Part shown: positions 1 through 11,290 of the stretch, piece by piece
How the letters are laid out: the number at the start of each line of letters is the position of its first letter
Position numbering within the stretch: the stretch's first letter is position 1
DNA from: Octopus vulgaris
Taxonomy: Eukaryota
Length of the DNA: 64,000 nucleotides
Assembly: GCA_951406725.2 (NCBI GenBank)
Contig: OX597816.1
Location: forward strand, 70,680,001 to 70,744,000
Reading direction: 5' to 3'
Notes under the pieces: model-generated
Databases searched by the model: none
What the model was told of the DNA's origin: nothing
What the model saw: only the letters and a program-made list of their open reading frames with translations
Position numbers and translations under genes: made by a program

Positions 1-353
1 CTTCCGTCCCTACATTCTGAGTGCTAATTCCGCCGAAGTCGACTTTGCCTTTCATCTCTTCGGAGTCGATAAAATAAGTATTAGTTGAGTACTAGAGTTG
101 ATGCTAATCGACTAGCTCTTGTCACCCAAAATTTTAGGTCTTGTACTGACAGTAGAAATAAATACTATAAAAGAAAAACCAGCATTAGTGTTACAACTTC
201 CCATCTCATATTAACAGGAAGAATTAGACGTGGTTTTCTTTTTCATTAAGTTTCTTGATTGGAATAGATTCGTCAATCCGGTTTCAATTCTGGGAGACAA
301 TTTCATATGACATCACTAAAAAAAACTGCCGTTCAAACCGAAAAGATCCCAAA

Positions 354-737
354 TCTTTATATATAAAAGAGAGGTTGTGTGTCTGTCTCCTACGATTTAG
401 ATTCCTAACTACTCCCACATTTTGCGGTGCAGTTTAACCAAAACCGGGTATCTTATAGTCGAGCCCTTCTGGGTATTAGCGCGCGTCTACGTTGAGTCTA
501 CGATTTAAAAAAAAAATTACCATAAATTTTTCCATTTTAATGCATTTTTTCGCTATTATATAAGGGAAGTAACTCTCTAAAAATGTCTACGATGAGTCAA
601 CGATTTAAAAAAAAAATTACCATCATTTTTTTTCCATTTTTAATGCATTTTTTGTTATTTTTTGGCTATAACTCTCTAAAAATGCTTATATAGTTATTTC
701 CCTTACAAACTCGAGCAACGCCAGGCGATACTGCTAG
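354..737 (+). mobile_element. Non-autonomous Helitron, family A, internally deleted copy
   Basis: A|TC start, subterminal hairpin CTCGAGCAACGCCAGG, CTAG|T end and no TSD. Same family as 5652-6322 and 7502-8018. Confidence 0.8.
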
Positions 738-1767
738 TTTCTAATAAAAAAAAAATTGCTGGGCCATTTTGTTACCTTTACATCTCTGATGGACTTTAAA
801 TATATTTGTCTTTCATAGAACGATAAGTTAGGAATCGGAATAACGAAAACAGTTTATGCTAACAAATAAGAGCTGAGAAAAACTGGACGGAAACGAAGAG
901 CCTATAAACATCCTGTTGCTAATATCTATCACAGTGGTATTAATCATTAAGGTTAAAGGTGGGGAACTGGTAGAATTGTTAGCAAATCGGACAAAAACGG
1001 CAGTAAGTTCAAATACTGCTAAGGTTAGTTTTACCTTTCACCCGTTTGAAATATTGGAGTCGACAGAATCGAATTCTATCCAAAAATCTTTGGCCTTGTG
1101 TTACAATTTGAAACAATAAAACATTAATATTTGATAGTTTGTGTTCATGCGTTTACTTATTTTGATTATTTTCCACTAAGCTGCACTATTTGTTGTTTAA
1201 CTGAAATTTGTGTTTAATTTTTGGTTCAGTTTTGTTGATTTTATACTCGAGTGGAGCATGAAAATATTCAGTAAACCAATTGAAACCGACTGAAAATCTT
1301 TGTTCTACGAGGTCACCCGATTTGATTGAAACAACAACCAACTCATCCTCAAATAATACTTTATTGTTTTTGAATATAGAAAACACAGCATGGATTAGTT
1401 GTGACTTGATCGACTTTTTGATAATGCTTTCAGAACCAAGCCTTACCTGTGGTTAAATAACAATATCAGTCAACTAAACGAATGTGTGAAGTTCTAAATA
1501 GTTACTCGCCGATGTGGTAATAGCAATAAAATCCTCCTTAAATTACGCCTTACCATCTTAAATACGATGTGTCTCAAGAAAAGACTGTATACCTGTTGAC
1601 GAAAGCCTTTCCAGGGATGCTCGATCCAGACTAACTTGGGAGTAAACAAGATAGTGATGTAAAAGTAACAAGGACCAGCCCAATAATCTTGGGCTTATTC
1701 ATGGCATAGGTAGTGAGATGGCAAAATCGTTAGAATCGGGCAAAATGTCCACGGTATTTAGTTATAA

Positions 1768-1998
1768 GGCGGCGAGCTGGCAGAATCGTCAGCAAGCCGG
1801 GCGAAATGCTTAGCTGTATTTCGTCTGCCGTTACGTTCTGAGTTCAATTTTCGCCGAGGTCGACTTTGCCTTTCATTCTTTCGGGGTCGATAAATTAAGT
1901 ACCAGTTACGCACTGGGGTCGATATAATCGACTTAATCCATCTGTCTGTCCTTGTTTGTCTCCTCTGTGTTTAGCCCCTTGTGGGTAGTAAAGAAATA
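1768..1998 (+). mobile_element. tRNA-derived SINE with Meta-like domain, young copy (about 20 copies or fragments in the window)
   Basis: GGCGGCGAGCTGGCAGAATCG head, B-box-like GAGTTCAA, body GCCTTTCATxCTTTCGGGGTCGATAAATTAAGTACCAG, and a 15-bp TSD GGTATTTAGTTATAA at 1753-1767 and 1999-2013. Confidence 0.85.
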
Positions 1999-2419
1999 GG
2001 TATTTAGTTATAATACTTTATGTTCTGAGCTCAAAATTTCACCGGAGACAACTTTGCATTCGTTCTTTTGGTGTCTTTCAAATCAAGTACTACTTTAAAA
2101 ACTGACTTCATCTGCCATGACGAAGCTGGAAGTGATATAGAAAAAAAACGGTTCAGCCAGTTTTTTCACAAAGCTCAACCTGCACAAACCTGGTAACTTC
2201 GACCTTCCTGTACGCGTACAAGTGTACCCGTATAGAAAACTACATACAGCCGACATGGAGTGGTGAATCAAGGTTAGGTACTCCAGCAAGAATACTTCAA
2301 AAGGCTGCTAAGTATTTTGCACAAGACAATCGGCTTTGTCCGATAGCAAGACACCAAATACACTACTAAGAAAGAGCCCCTCTTTGTTTCAGTTAGGAAG
2401 TGAAGCTCTTCTAGTACAG

Positions 2420-2635
2420 ACAGGCAACCTGCTACAACTTATCGTCCAAAATCATTTTACAGGGCACAGTTGAAGGAGGGTGAAAGCGAGGCAGACAAAG
2501 GAGATCCTGGCCTGTTGGCATCAATGGCTGGGTAACCCTGAGGCGAGTGATGGAGGAAAGAGATTAGGAATGATTGCTGACTGCCGGAGTATCGACGACT
2601 GACAACGCCTCTCACGAGAAAGACGACGACAATGA
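2420..2635 (+). mobile_element. RTE LINE 3' fragment
   Basis: Degenerate frame KIILQGTVEGG*KRGRQRRSW, typical of the RTE ORF C-terminus. Confidence 0.65.
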
Positions 2636-3673
2636 TGATCATGGAGGTGATGGTGGTGACAGAAATGACGATCAGGGGTTCTCAACCATTTTTTTTTATC
2701 AGGGGTTCTCAATTATTTTATTTGGGTGAACCCCCATAGCCATTCGATGTTTAGAAACTAGATTTATAGATACTTTTTTCAAAATTCCTCTTTTATTTTT
2801 TACATTGAACTATGTAAAATGTTAGAGAAGGAAACCTAGCTGTTTCTTGCAATACATTCCAATCTAAAGCTAAATATTTTCAGGGGGCCCCCAAAAAACT
2901 ATCGTGGATCCATATCTTATATGGACCCTCAGAGGTCATATGGACTCCGGTTGATGATGACGACGACGATGATGAAATACTGGAATCATTTTAATATTCC
3001 TATAAAGCATCCTAAAGGCGGCAAGCCGGCAGAATTCTTAGCATGTTGAACGAAATGCTTAGCAGTATTCTTTTCGGCTCTTAGCGGTATTCGTCTGCCG
3101 TTACGTTCTGAGTTCAAATTCCGCCGAGGTCGACTTTGCCTTTCATTCTTTCGGGGTTGATAAATTAAGTACCAGTTACGCACTGGGGTCGATGAAATCG
3201 ACTTAATCCCTTTGTCTGTCCTTGTTTGTCCCCTCTATGTTTAGCCCCTTGTGGGCAATAAAGAAATAGGTATTCTTTCTGGTTCTTTACGCTCTAATTT
3301 CGAATCACGCCGCGATCAATTTCGCCTTCCAGCCCTTTCGGGATCGATAAAATAAAGAACCAGTTAAAAACTAGGTTCGATGTTATCGATTTGTCCCCCT
3401 TCCCTCAAAATTGCTGCCTTTGTATCGTGCAACGGACCGGCGTGTCATTATACGCCATGGAAGCCAGATAATCGACCCTATGAATCCTTAGGGATCAAGA
3501 AAAATAAAATGAATAAATAAAGCATCATAGATGTGAATGAAATTAAAATAAAAAAAGAATCGGGTTTATTCTATTTGGACATGACGTTACAACATGGCAT
3601 CACTCTCTCTCCTCCCTATCTTCCAGTCGATACTTAGTACACCCGAAGAAAGTCATTGATTTAAAATAACAAG

Positions 3674-4086
3674 GGGATCTTTTCGGTTTGAACGGCAGTT
3701 TTTTCTAGCGGTGTCATATGAAATTGTCATCCATAATTATGACCCTAGTATCGATCTATTGCATTACAATCTGTTTTAGGGTTAGGGGGGAAGGGTATCT
3801 TTTTTCTTCACAAATGTAAATAAACCCAATCTGTTTCTTAAACGAGGGACATATTCATACGGCACAGAATGTATTTTTTTTTTACCTCAATAGACGTCAG
3901 TGATTGGTTCAAATTGCAGAAATTGAAGAAATAAAACAACAAATATCTTACAAACTATAGAATTTTCTCAATAAAGCCAAGAGAAAAAGATGTTTTATAA
4001 ACAAATTCTATCAGTATACGAAGTTTAAAATTTTTTAGTTACCTAGAAATTATGTTACAAACTGCCGTTCAAACTGAAAAGATCCT
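3674..4086. mobile_element. MITE with ~27-bp TIRs GGGATCTTTTCGGTTTGAACGGCAGTT (solo end at ~295-350)
   Basis: TIR present at both ends; flanks AACAAG/AACAGG could be a 6-bp TSD. Superfamily not assigned. Confidence 0.8.
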
Positions 4087-5034
4087 AACAGGGAATGATG
4101 TGTGGAAATTCCCGGTTGAAGACTCCACTTCAGATTACTTCATTTACACGAAGTAGTCCCATTGTGGTTGCTTGACGTACTAGAATAGCAATCAAATCTT
4201 CGTCAAATATCTCATTCGCTTTTAATTTTTAAAAAAGGCGGGACAAGGGTATGCCCTGGATAATGTAGTCCTAGATACATTGACATTATATCAAAATGCG
4301 ATGGACAAGTTTGGAAGAAGTTTGGTTTTAGTTCTATTCTGTCAGAGATGACCTGGGGCAATATAATAGCTTCACTTACACGAACCAGCTTGAGTTTTAA
4401 CCCAGTCACTTGGGCTGCTAGAAACAACAGTCAGTTCCTTCAAATCACTCTCATCCCCATGCACGCGCACACTACCACCATCTTAAAAATGGGAACAGAC
4501 TTTGTGTCATTATAGACCTGAGTATGATGCAAGTCATGATGGTTATGGTTGAGCTCATAAGGGCTGACCTGGGATTAAAGAGTAACTTCCGATGATTCAG
4601 AGTTAGTCAACAACAGAGATATCAATAATCAAAATAAGTATATTGATTTCCATTGATCGAAGATGTGGCCGAGTTCTGTAGGTAAAAGTTTGTAAAGTTA
4701 AATCGACCTTGATATATTACAAATATTTATTTTATATGTACTGGGGAAATGAAAATTAAAATTTTATTAGTCTTTCTTAGTCATCTATAATAATTCCATT
4801 CACACTTAAGATGCTTTAGAGCAGATGTTCTCAAACTTTTTGGACCACCTCATGGTCACATAATATTCCCAGCGCCTCCACCCCTATTTTTATATATAAA
4901 TAAATATTTTATATTTTACTAATTTATATATACTATGAACCATTTGATATTTAATATAATATTATATAATTTGCATACAATATTATAATGATATAATAAA
5001 TTCATAAAAAAATGTTCTTTCTCGAGCCATGCCA

Positions 5035-5260
5035 AGTTCATGAAAGCCGGTTTCCCGGTTTCAGTGGCGTAGAAATTCCCCACCTGGACGGGACGCCGGT
5101 CCGTCGCAGGATTACTCATTTTTGTCAGCTGAGTGGACTGGAACAACGTGAAAATGAAGTGTTTTGCTCAAAAATACAACGCATCGCCCGGTCCAGGAAT
5201 CGAAACCACAACTTTTACGATCATGAGTTTAACACACTAACCACTAATCCACGCACCTCC
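5035..5260 (-). mobile_element. tRNA-derived SINE with V-domain-like segment (second copy ~17508-17725 on +)
   Basis: tRNA-like head GGAGGTGCGTGGATTAGTGGTTAG...GGTTTCGATTCC, then CCTGCGACGGACCGGCGTCCCGTCCAGG resembling the V-SINE domain. Confidence 0.7.
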
Positions 5261-5651
5261 ACTAATAAATTCATAGCGTCCCCCAATTCACTGCCTTCTT
5301 CCCAACGCCTCCTTTTCTTCTTCTACCCCCGCCCCAACCAGCGCCGACCTGAACCGTCTCAACGCCCAGCGAGGGGCAGCAGCGCCCACCTTGAGAACCG
5401 ATCCAGATTTCTACATTTCATCGTCATAACTTACAGATTGGTGTTTCCTCATAACTCTGAAAAATGCATAATTTTTAACGAAAGTTTGCTGAGATACCTT
5501 CTTCAAGGGTCTAAATCACGATTATGTTGGTAACATCGAAAAAAGAAAAAAAATACAAAAAACAGCCTTACCCTTTTGCCTGGCTGAAGCATTTTCATAA
5601 GTTTGTCCTATTTTTAGTTAGCCGTTGTTTCATAAGTTCTTAGTAATATAA

Positions 5652-6322
5652 TCTATATATATAAAACTGTAGTTGCGTGAGTGTCTGTCCCCTTCGATTT
5701 AGATTCCTAACTACTCCCACATTTTGCGGTGCAGTTTAACCAAATTCGGGTATCTTATAGTCGTGATTCATATCGAGCCCGTCTGAGTATTAGCGCGCGT
5801 CTACGATGAGTCTACGATTTTAAAAATAATTTAATATCATTTTTTATTCCATTTTAATGCATAATTTTTCGTGTGTCGATGGCGGCGGAGTTGGCGTCCA
5901 TGGTCACACCTGCACCTGTTTGCTTTTCCCCCTTCTTCCATCCCCCGTGAAGCTGTGGGGAAGGGAGTGTAAGGAAATCAACGTCGTAATGCGTTGTCAA
6001 GGAGACCAGCGTTCTTTTAGAACAACGACTTCATCGCTTGAAGACACCAAAACAGAAATGGCTAAGAAAGCGTCTACGATGAGTCTACGATTTAAAAAAA
6101 AATTTAGCATCATTTTTTCCATTTTAATGCATTTTTTCGCTATTATATATGGGAAGTAACTCTCTAAAAATGTCTACGATGAGTCAAGGATTTAAAAAAA
6201 AAATTACCATAATTTTTTATTCCATTTTTCATGCATTTATTTGCTATTTTTTATAACTCTCTAAAAATGCTTATATAGTTATTTCCCTTACAAACCCGAG
6301 CAACGCCGGGCGATACTGCTAG
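5652..6322 (+). mobile_element. Non-autonomous Helitron, family A, longest copy
   Basis: A|TCTATATATATAAAA start; CCCGAGCAACGCCGGG hairpin then CGATACTGCTAG|T; internal repeats of GTCTACGATGAGTC. Confidence 0.85.
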
Positions 6323-6399
6323 TACCATATAAAGCTTTGCTTTCATTAGTCCCAAGTTACTGTGGTAGTTTTAAACAAGTGGCGGGGTGTATCATTAAT

Positions 6400-6632
6400 G
6401 ATAATAATAATAATAATGAAATTATTGTATACAGTGCTCAGGTGCACCACAACTTGTCAGAAAGTGCATATAAAGTACATGCAGTAGTGTAGAAATGTCT
6501 GGGTGTATGGAGGGAGAAAATCAAGTGTAGTGTTGGCGAATCTCAGGAAGCATGGAAGTCTTGAAGGAAGCAGTGCTCCGACAACTAACAACCGATGTCG
6601 GCAGTTTGTTCCACGCTTCAGCAACTCTCAGC
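6400..6632 (-). mobile_element. CR1-group LINE 3' end fragment
   Basis: Minus strand reads LRVAEAWNKLPTSVVSCRSTASFK, followed by a 3' UTR and (ATT)n tail. Confidence 0.75.
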
Positions 6633-7501
6633 AATGGACACCAGGGAAATAGGTCTTGTATATTTCATGTGATACAAAGGACATGCAAAGTTAATGAACT
6701 TCTCATCCGTCATGTCCCTCCTGATTCTCTTTCAAATGCATATTTTTGAATTATAATGAACTGAGACTTTTTCGAGAGTATAGATTACGTTATGTTGATG
6801 TTTTGAACATAAATCTGAAGAAGGAAATGTAGAGAAAATGGATAAGTTATTGGAATTGGTGGTGATTACAAAGCTTGGATGGGAGAACGATCTGAAATTC
6901 CTTCAAAAACTTTTGTTTGAAACTTTATCAACGTAATTGTAATCTACACCCTCGAAAACTTATCTATGCATGACTTCATTAAAAAAAAAAAAAGAAATCA
7001 AACGCATTTTTCAGAAAATTATGAGGAAACTGCTTGTGGGAAGGCATCAATATGAACTTTCCCCACCCCACCAAAAGGATGACAGGTGGAAAAAACCTCA
7101 GCAGGATTTGAACTCAGAATAAAAAGAAAAGACCCATAATACATAGCTGTTAGTACTTTCCATCGATGTCACCTAAGGAGTTCAAATTTCTTAAACGAGT
7201 AAAATGAATGTGGTCCGGGAGTTTATGGCTGGATAACGAAAGATGTGTGTATGAAATATATCTTAAGCTAGAAATAATAGCATTGACAGAAAAGGAAAAG
7301 AAGTCATTTTTCATTTTTTTTTTCTTTTCGGTTTCTTTGCTCAAGCTGTAGATGATGATTTGAGGGTAATTTGACTGCTTTTTGCAGCTTATCGAATGAA
7401 CCTACTTGATACTCTATTGGGTTTTAATCTTAGCATATATATAGAATAGTGTCTATTCTATTAATGGTAGGATTAAAACGCGGACAATAGAAGAGATAAT
7501 A

Positions 7502-8018
7502 TCTATATATATAAAACTGTAGTTGTGTGAGTGTCTGTCTCCTACGATTTAGATTCCTAACTCCTCCCACATTTTGCGGTGCAGTTTAACCAAATTCGGG
7601 TATCTTATAGTCGTGATTAATATCGAGCCCGTCTGGCTATTAGCGCGCGTCTACGATGAGTCTACGATTTTAAAAATAATTTAACATCATTTTTTATTCC
7701 ATTTTAATGCATAATTTTTCGTGTGTCGATGGCGGCGGTGTTGGCGTCCACGCTCAAACACCTGCACCTGTGTTTGCTTCTCCCCCTTCTTCCCTCCTTC
7801 GTGAAGCTGTGGGGAAGGGAGTTTAAGGAAATCAACGTCGTAATGCGTTGTCAAGGAGACCAGCGTTCTTTTAGAACAACGACTTCATCGCTTGAAGACA
7901 CCAAAACAGAAATGGCTAAGAAAGCTCGAATTGGCATCTATAAAGGAAGTAACTCTCTAAAAATGCTTATATAGTTATTTCTCTTACAAACCCGAGCAAC
8001 GCCGGGCGATACTGCTAG
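7502..8018 (+). mobile_element. Non-autonomous Helitron, family A
   Basis: Same termini as 5652-6322 and near-identical over the first ~420 bp. Confidence 0.85.
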
Positions 8019-8959
8019 TTGTGTCTTAATTAAACACAAGGAGAGCAACTTTAAAGGAAGTGGTTAGCTTACTAGTACTTTATTTTATCGACACTATGGA
8101 TGATAGGCAAAGTTTACCTTGGCGTCTTATTAGGAAAGTGAGGATATATAAAAAATGTTAAGATCTCAAAAAGATCATTTTAAATACTATAAAGAACTGA
8201 TTTTATTTTTTAATTTAACTTTATTTTGATCTTTTCTGGAAAGCCATCTTTGTCGTCACAACTTCCTTCACGTCCACTTTTTATTACAGTAACTGTAAAA
8301 GACACCAGACATTCTTTTTTTTATTGATCCAGGGAGAGAACTACAATGCAGTTGCCTGACCTGCTAGAAAAAGCAACCAAATTTCCTTCAGATCTCACTC
8401 CACCGACTAAAAAAAAAAAAAAAAAAAATTAAGTGACGAGAAGAACTAGTTTACATTGGCAGTCTGACTTTCGTGGAAATGAAACAATTTCATTGTCTTC
8501 GATCAAGGTCAATTGTATTTTGCTTCGTTTTTCACGAACGGCCCTTACTTTTTGTGCTCGTTTGTTTTTCTTTCTCTTGCCTGCAAAATATAAACAACCA
8601 TAAATTCTGATACATGGAGAAAATTAACAAGACAAGCAATAACAAATATGATTTTTAAAAAAAACTGAAATAATACATTACTTATTTTACGATGGAGTTT
8701 CATACTATTTAGAGAAAGTGAAAGTAAAGCAGACAATCCGTTTGAAAGAAATGAAAGAAAGTATTTAAATGAATAAAAAAAAAATTAAGCTAATGAGAAG
8801 TCAAACATTGCTAGAATTAGATAATGTTGTCCTAGAAACTCTGGGTCTGAAAACAACAAAAAGGTGGGATGGTCACATCTGGAACACAATTTATATGTCT
8901 TTAATCATAATAAAAGAAAAAAGACATGTTAGATAATGTAGTGCTAGACACACTAAGTC

Positions 8960-9035
<76 letters not shown>

Positions 9036-9105
9036 GAAGTAAACACATAAATGTGAAACAAGGTGGAAAAAAGAGTACTCAAATACCAGTGGTTGAGTAA
9101 TATGC

Positions 9106-9256
9106 TTTATTTAAAGCAGCAGAAAATTCAACAAAACCTGTTACTCTGAGTTTCCCGTTGCCGTTCATCGGACAGTTTTTGCTAGAAAAAACTGTCCGAT
9201 AAACGGCAACGGGAAACTCAGAGTAACAGGTTTTGTTGAATTTTCTGCTGCTTTAA

Positions 9257-9261
<5 letters not shown>
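9106..9261. repeat. Near-perfect inverted repeat (75-bp arms, 6-nt spacer), probable Penelope-like pseudo-LTR ends
   Basis: 9106-9180 is the reverse complement of 9187-9261 with one mismatch (9166/9201). It sits between (TA)n tracts. Confidence 0.9.
9133..9180 (-). ncRNA. Putative minimal type-I hammerhead ribozyme (Penelope type)
   Basis: AAAAACUGU CCGAUGA A-CG-GCAA-CG-G GAAAC UCAGA GUA ACAGGUUUU. This gives the core boxes, a short stem II with GNRA loop, a short stem III, a GUA site, and stem I CUGU/ACAG. Confidence 0.6.
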
Positions 9262-9316
<55 letters not shown>

Positions 9317-9856
9317 AAAAAAAGTCAAGGTAGAAAATGCTAAAATAATTTTATAAAAAACATTTCAGTACTGGTTTCGGTCATTGAGACTTTTTCAACA
9401 GTAAGTATGGAAAACAATTAAATTTTGGAAAAATAAAAGGAAAAGTATTTTAAAAGAATATTTGCATAGTATTCAAATACAAAGGGTATTTTCCTTGTTT
9501 CTGCCTATCTCTGTCTCTCTTGCTTACTCCAGTGGGTTCGAGGTCGTTGTGAATTATGTGTGTGTGTAACGTATATATACATAGGTGTATCACCATCGAT
9601 TTACAGTCAATGTTGGTTTGTTTACGTCCCCGTATCTTAGCGATTTGACACAAAGAAACCGACAGAATAAGTACTAGGCTTTAAAAGAATACTGGGAGCG
9701 ATTTGCTTGGCTAAGCCTTTCAAGGTAGTGCCCCAGCATGGCCGCAGTCCGATGACAAAAACAAATAAAAGAAAACAACGATATGGCCACCACTCAAATG
9801 CACTGTATCAGGTCGATACGACCAGAGTAGACCTGAGCTAACAACGCAAAAAGCGA

Positions 9857-10397
9857 GGCCCATTCTACACAAATGTGCCCCACGCGATTTTGTTTCCTTT
9901 CAGAAAATTAGGAATCTTTTGATAAAATTTTTTTGCAAATACCTTTCATATGGTATAAATTACGATTATATTGTAATTTAATGTGAAAAAAAAATTGGTG
10001 AGTTCGTTTACATACATTTTGATACACGTTATATAATTTTTTTCAAAGTTTCACGTTACATTTTGTAGCGATGTAACATTTATCACTATGTAAGCGTGCG
10101 CGCCCACCAATCTTTTTAAACATTAACTTCCGATAAAATCGTGATCGACACCACCTCAAAGCTATTTGTAGAAAATTTTATTAGAAAATATTCATTTTTC
10201 GAAAGTTATGAGGAAACAAAGTTGAGTCCTGTGAATTATCTGAAACTCTTCTCCTCCACCCCGGACAAAACAAATTCCAATATAATCGGAATCTACACCA
10301 TCTGAAAGGAATTTGTAGAAAATTCCATTAAAAGAATACAACTTTTGAAAGTTATGAGGACACAAAATTAGTGGGGCACATTTGTGTAGGTATGCCC
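9857..10397. mobile_element. MITE with TIR core CTACACAAATGTGCCCCAC
   Basis: CTACACAAATGTGCCCCAC at ~9865 and GTGGGGCACATTTGTGTAG at ~10371, with internal subterminal repeats. Confidence 0.75.
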
Positions 10398-10639
10398 AAC
10401 GGGGGCCCTCTACGTGGTTATTCAACTTGTTAAAAGTAACAGCTAAATCTCCTTCCTGTTACACCGTGCATTCGATAATCTCGTCACTGAATATTCTTTT
10501 CAAAAAAAAAAAATAAAAAAATCGATGGGATGGTCACGTTTGGAACGAGGTCTGACAGTTTCATCAGTGTTGAACGGTGTGTTAAACATCAACAGCAGCA
10601 GCAGAAGCAGACGCAACAACTCAATAATTGTGGAAACGT

Positions 10640-11125
10640 GACGAAGTTTTACGAAACCGGGGAGCGAGACCGGAATGCTCCCCCCTCTCCACCTCTTGAG
10701 AGTGAGGCTTTGTTCCGCCGAACACGTAAAGCACGTGATCAACAGACGGAGTGAGAGTGTGTATTGAAAGAGGTGGAGGCGGAGTGAGTAAGCAAGAAAA
10801 AGTGAGGGAAGAGAAGGGGAGGAAAGGGCATGTGGAAACTTCAGTTTTCGCCCCGCCACCGTTGAAAGAGGAACCCGAAGTCTCAGAGCTGCTCTAACCA
10901 GCACCGAAGCCTCTCATATATCCATCCCATAACAGAGAAAAAAAAGGAAAGAAAAACGAAACAAGTCTTTGAGACACCGATGATTGCTTGTTTCATGCCA
11001 ATATTTGCAGCTTAAGATATACTATTTCATTCACCTATTCACCCTTCTCTCTCTGATATATATCTACATACAGCGTTATTTATATATAGATATATCCCAA
11101 AAGAAGTTAACATAAGGTAACGACC
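10640..11125 (+). promoter_or_regulatory. Putative LTA4H promoter and 5' UTR
   Basis: Locally CpG-richer, non-repetitive stretch just upstream of exon 1. It has an E-box CACGTG at 10732-10737, a purine-rich tract, an initiator-like TCAGTT at 10841 and a GC-box-like CCCCGCC shortly after. Confidence 0.45.
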
Positions 11126-11290
11126 ATGAGCGATCTTGATAGCCCTACCGACCCACATTCTTTCAGTCGTCCTGACCAATGCCGTTTAATATCTTTGGAC
11201 CTTGTTTGGGATATCGATTTTGTCAAAAAAGTTATCAATGGCACCGCTTACATTGATTTAGAAAAAAACTCGGCTTCCATTACGACAGCG
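11126..11290 (+). CDS. LTA4H: Leukotriene A4 hydrolase-like (M1 aminopeptidase), coding exon 1
   Basis: ACCATG start, then MSDLDSPTDPHSFSRPDQCRLISLDLVWDIDFVKKVINGTAYIDLEKNSASITTA, matching the LTA4H N-terminal pattern D-x-x-S...L-x-L...DF...GTA. The 165 nt end at a strong donor GCG|GTGAGT (phase 0). The rest of ORF 11126-11482 is intron read-through. Confidence 0.88.

Noticed and set aside
5012-5533. 173-aa ORF
   Set aside because: It runs across an antisense SINE nested in a hAT-type MITE and has no recognisable protein motif.
11114-11122. Donor-like AAG|GTAACG 9 nt before the LTA4H ATG
   Set aside because: It is a weak match, and nothing in the sequence shows it is used.
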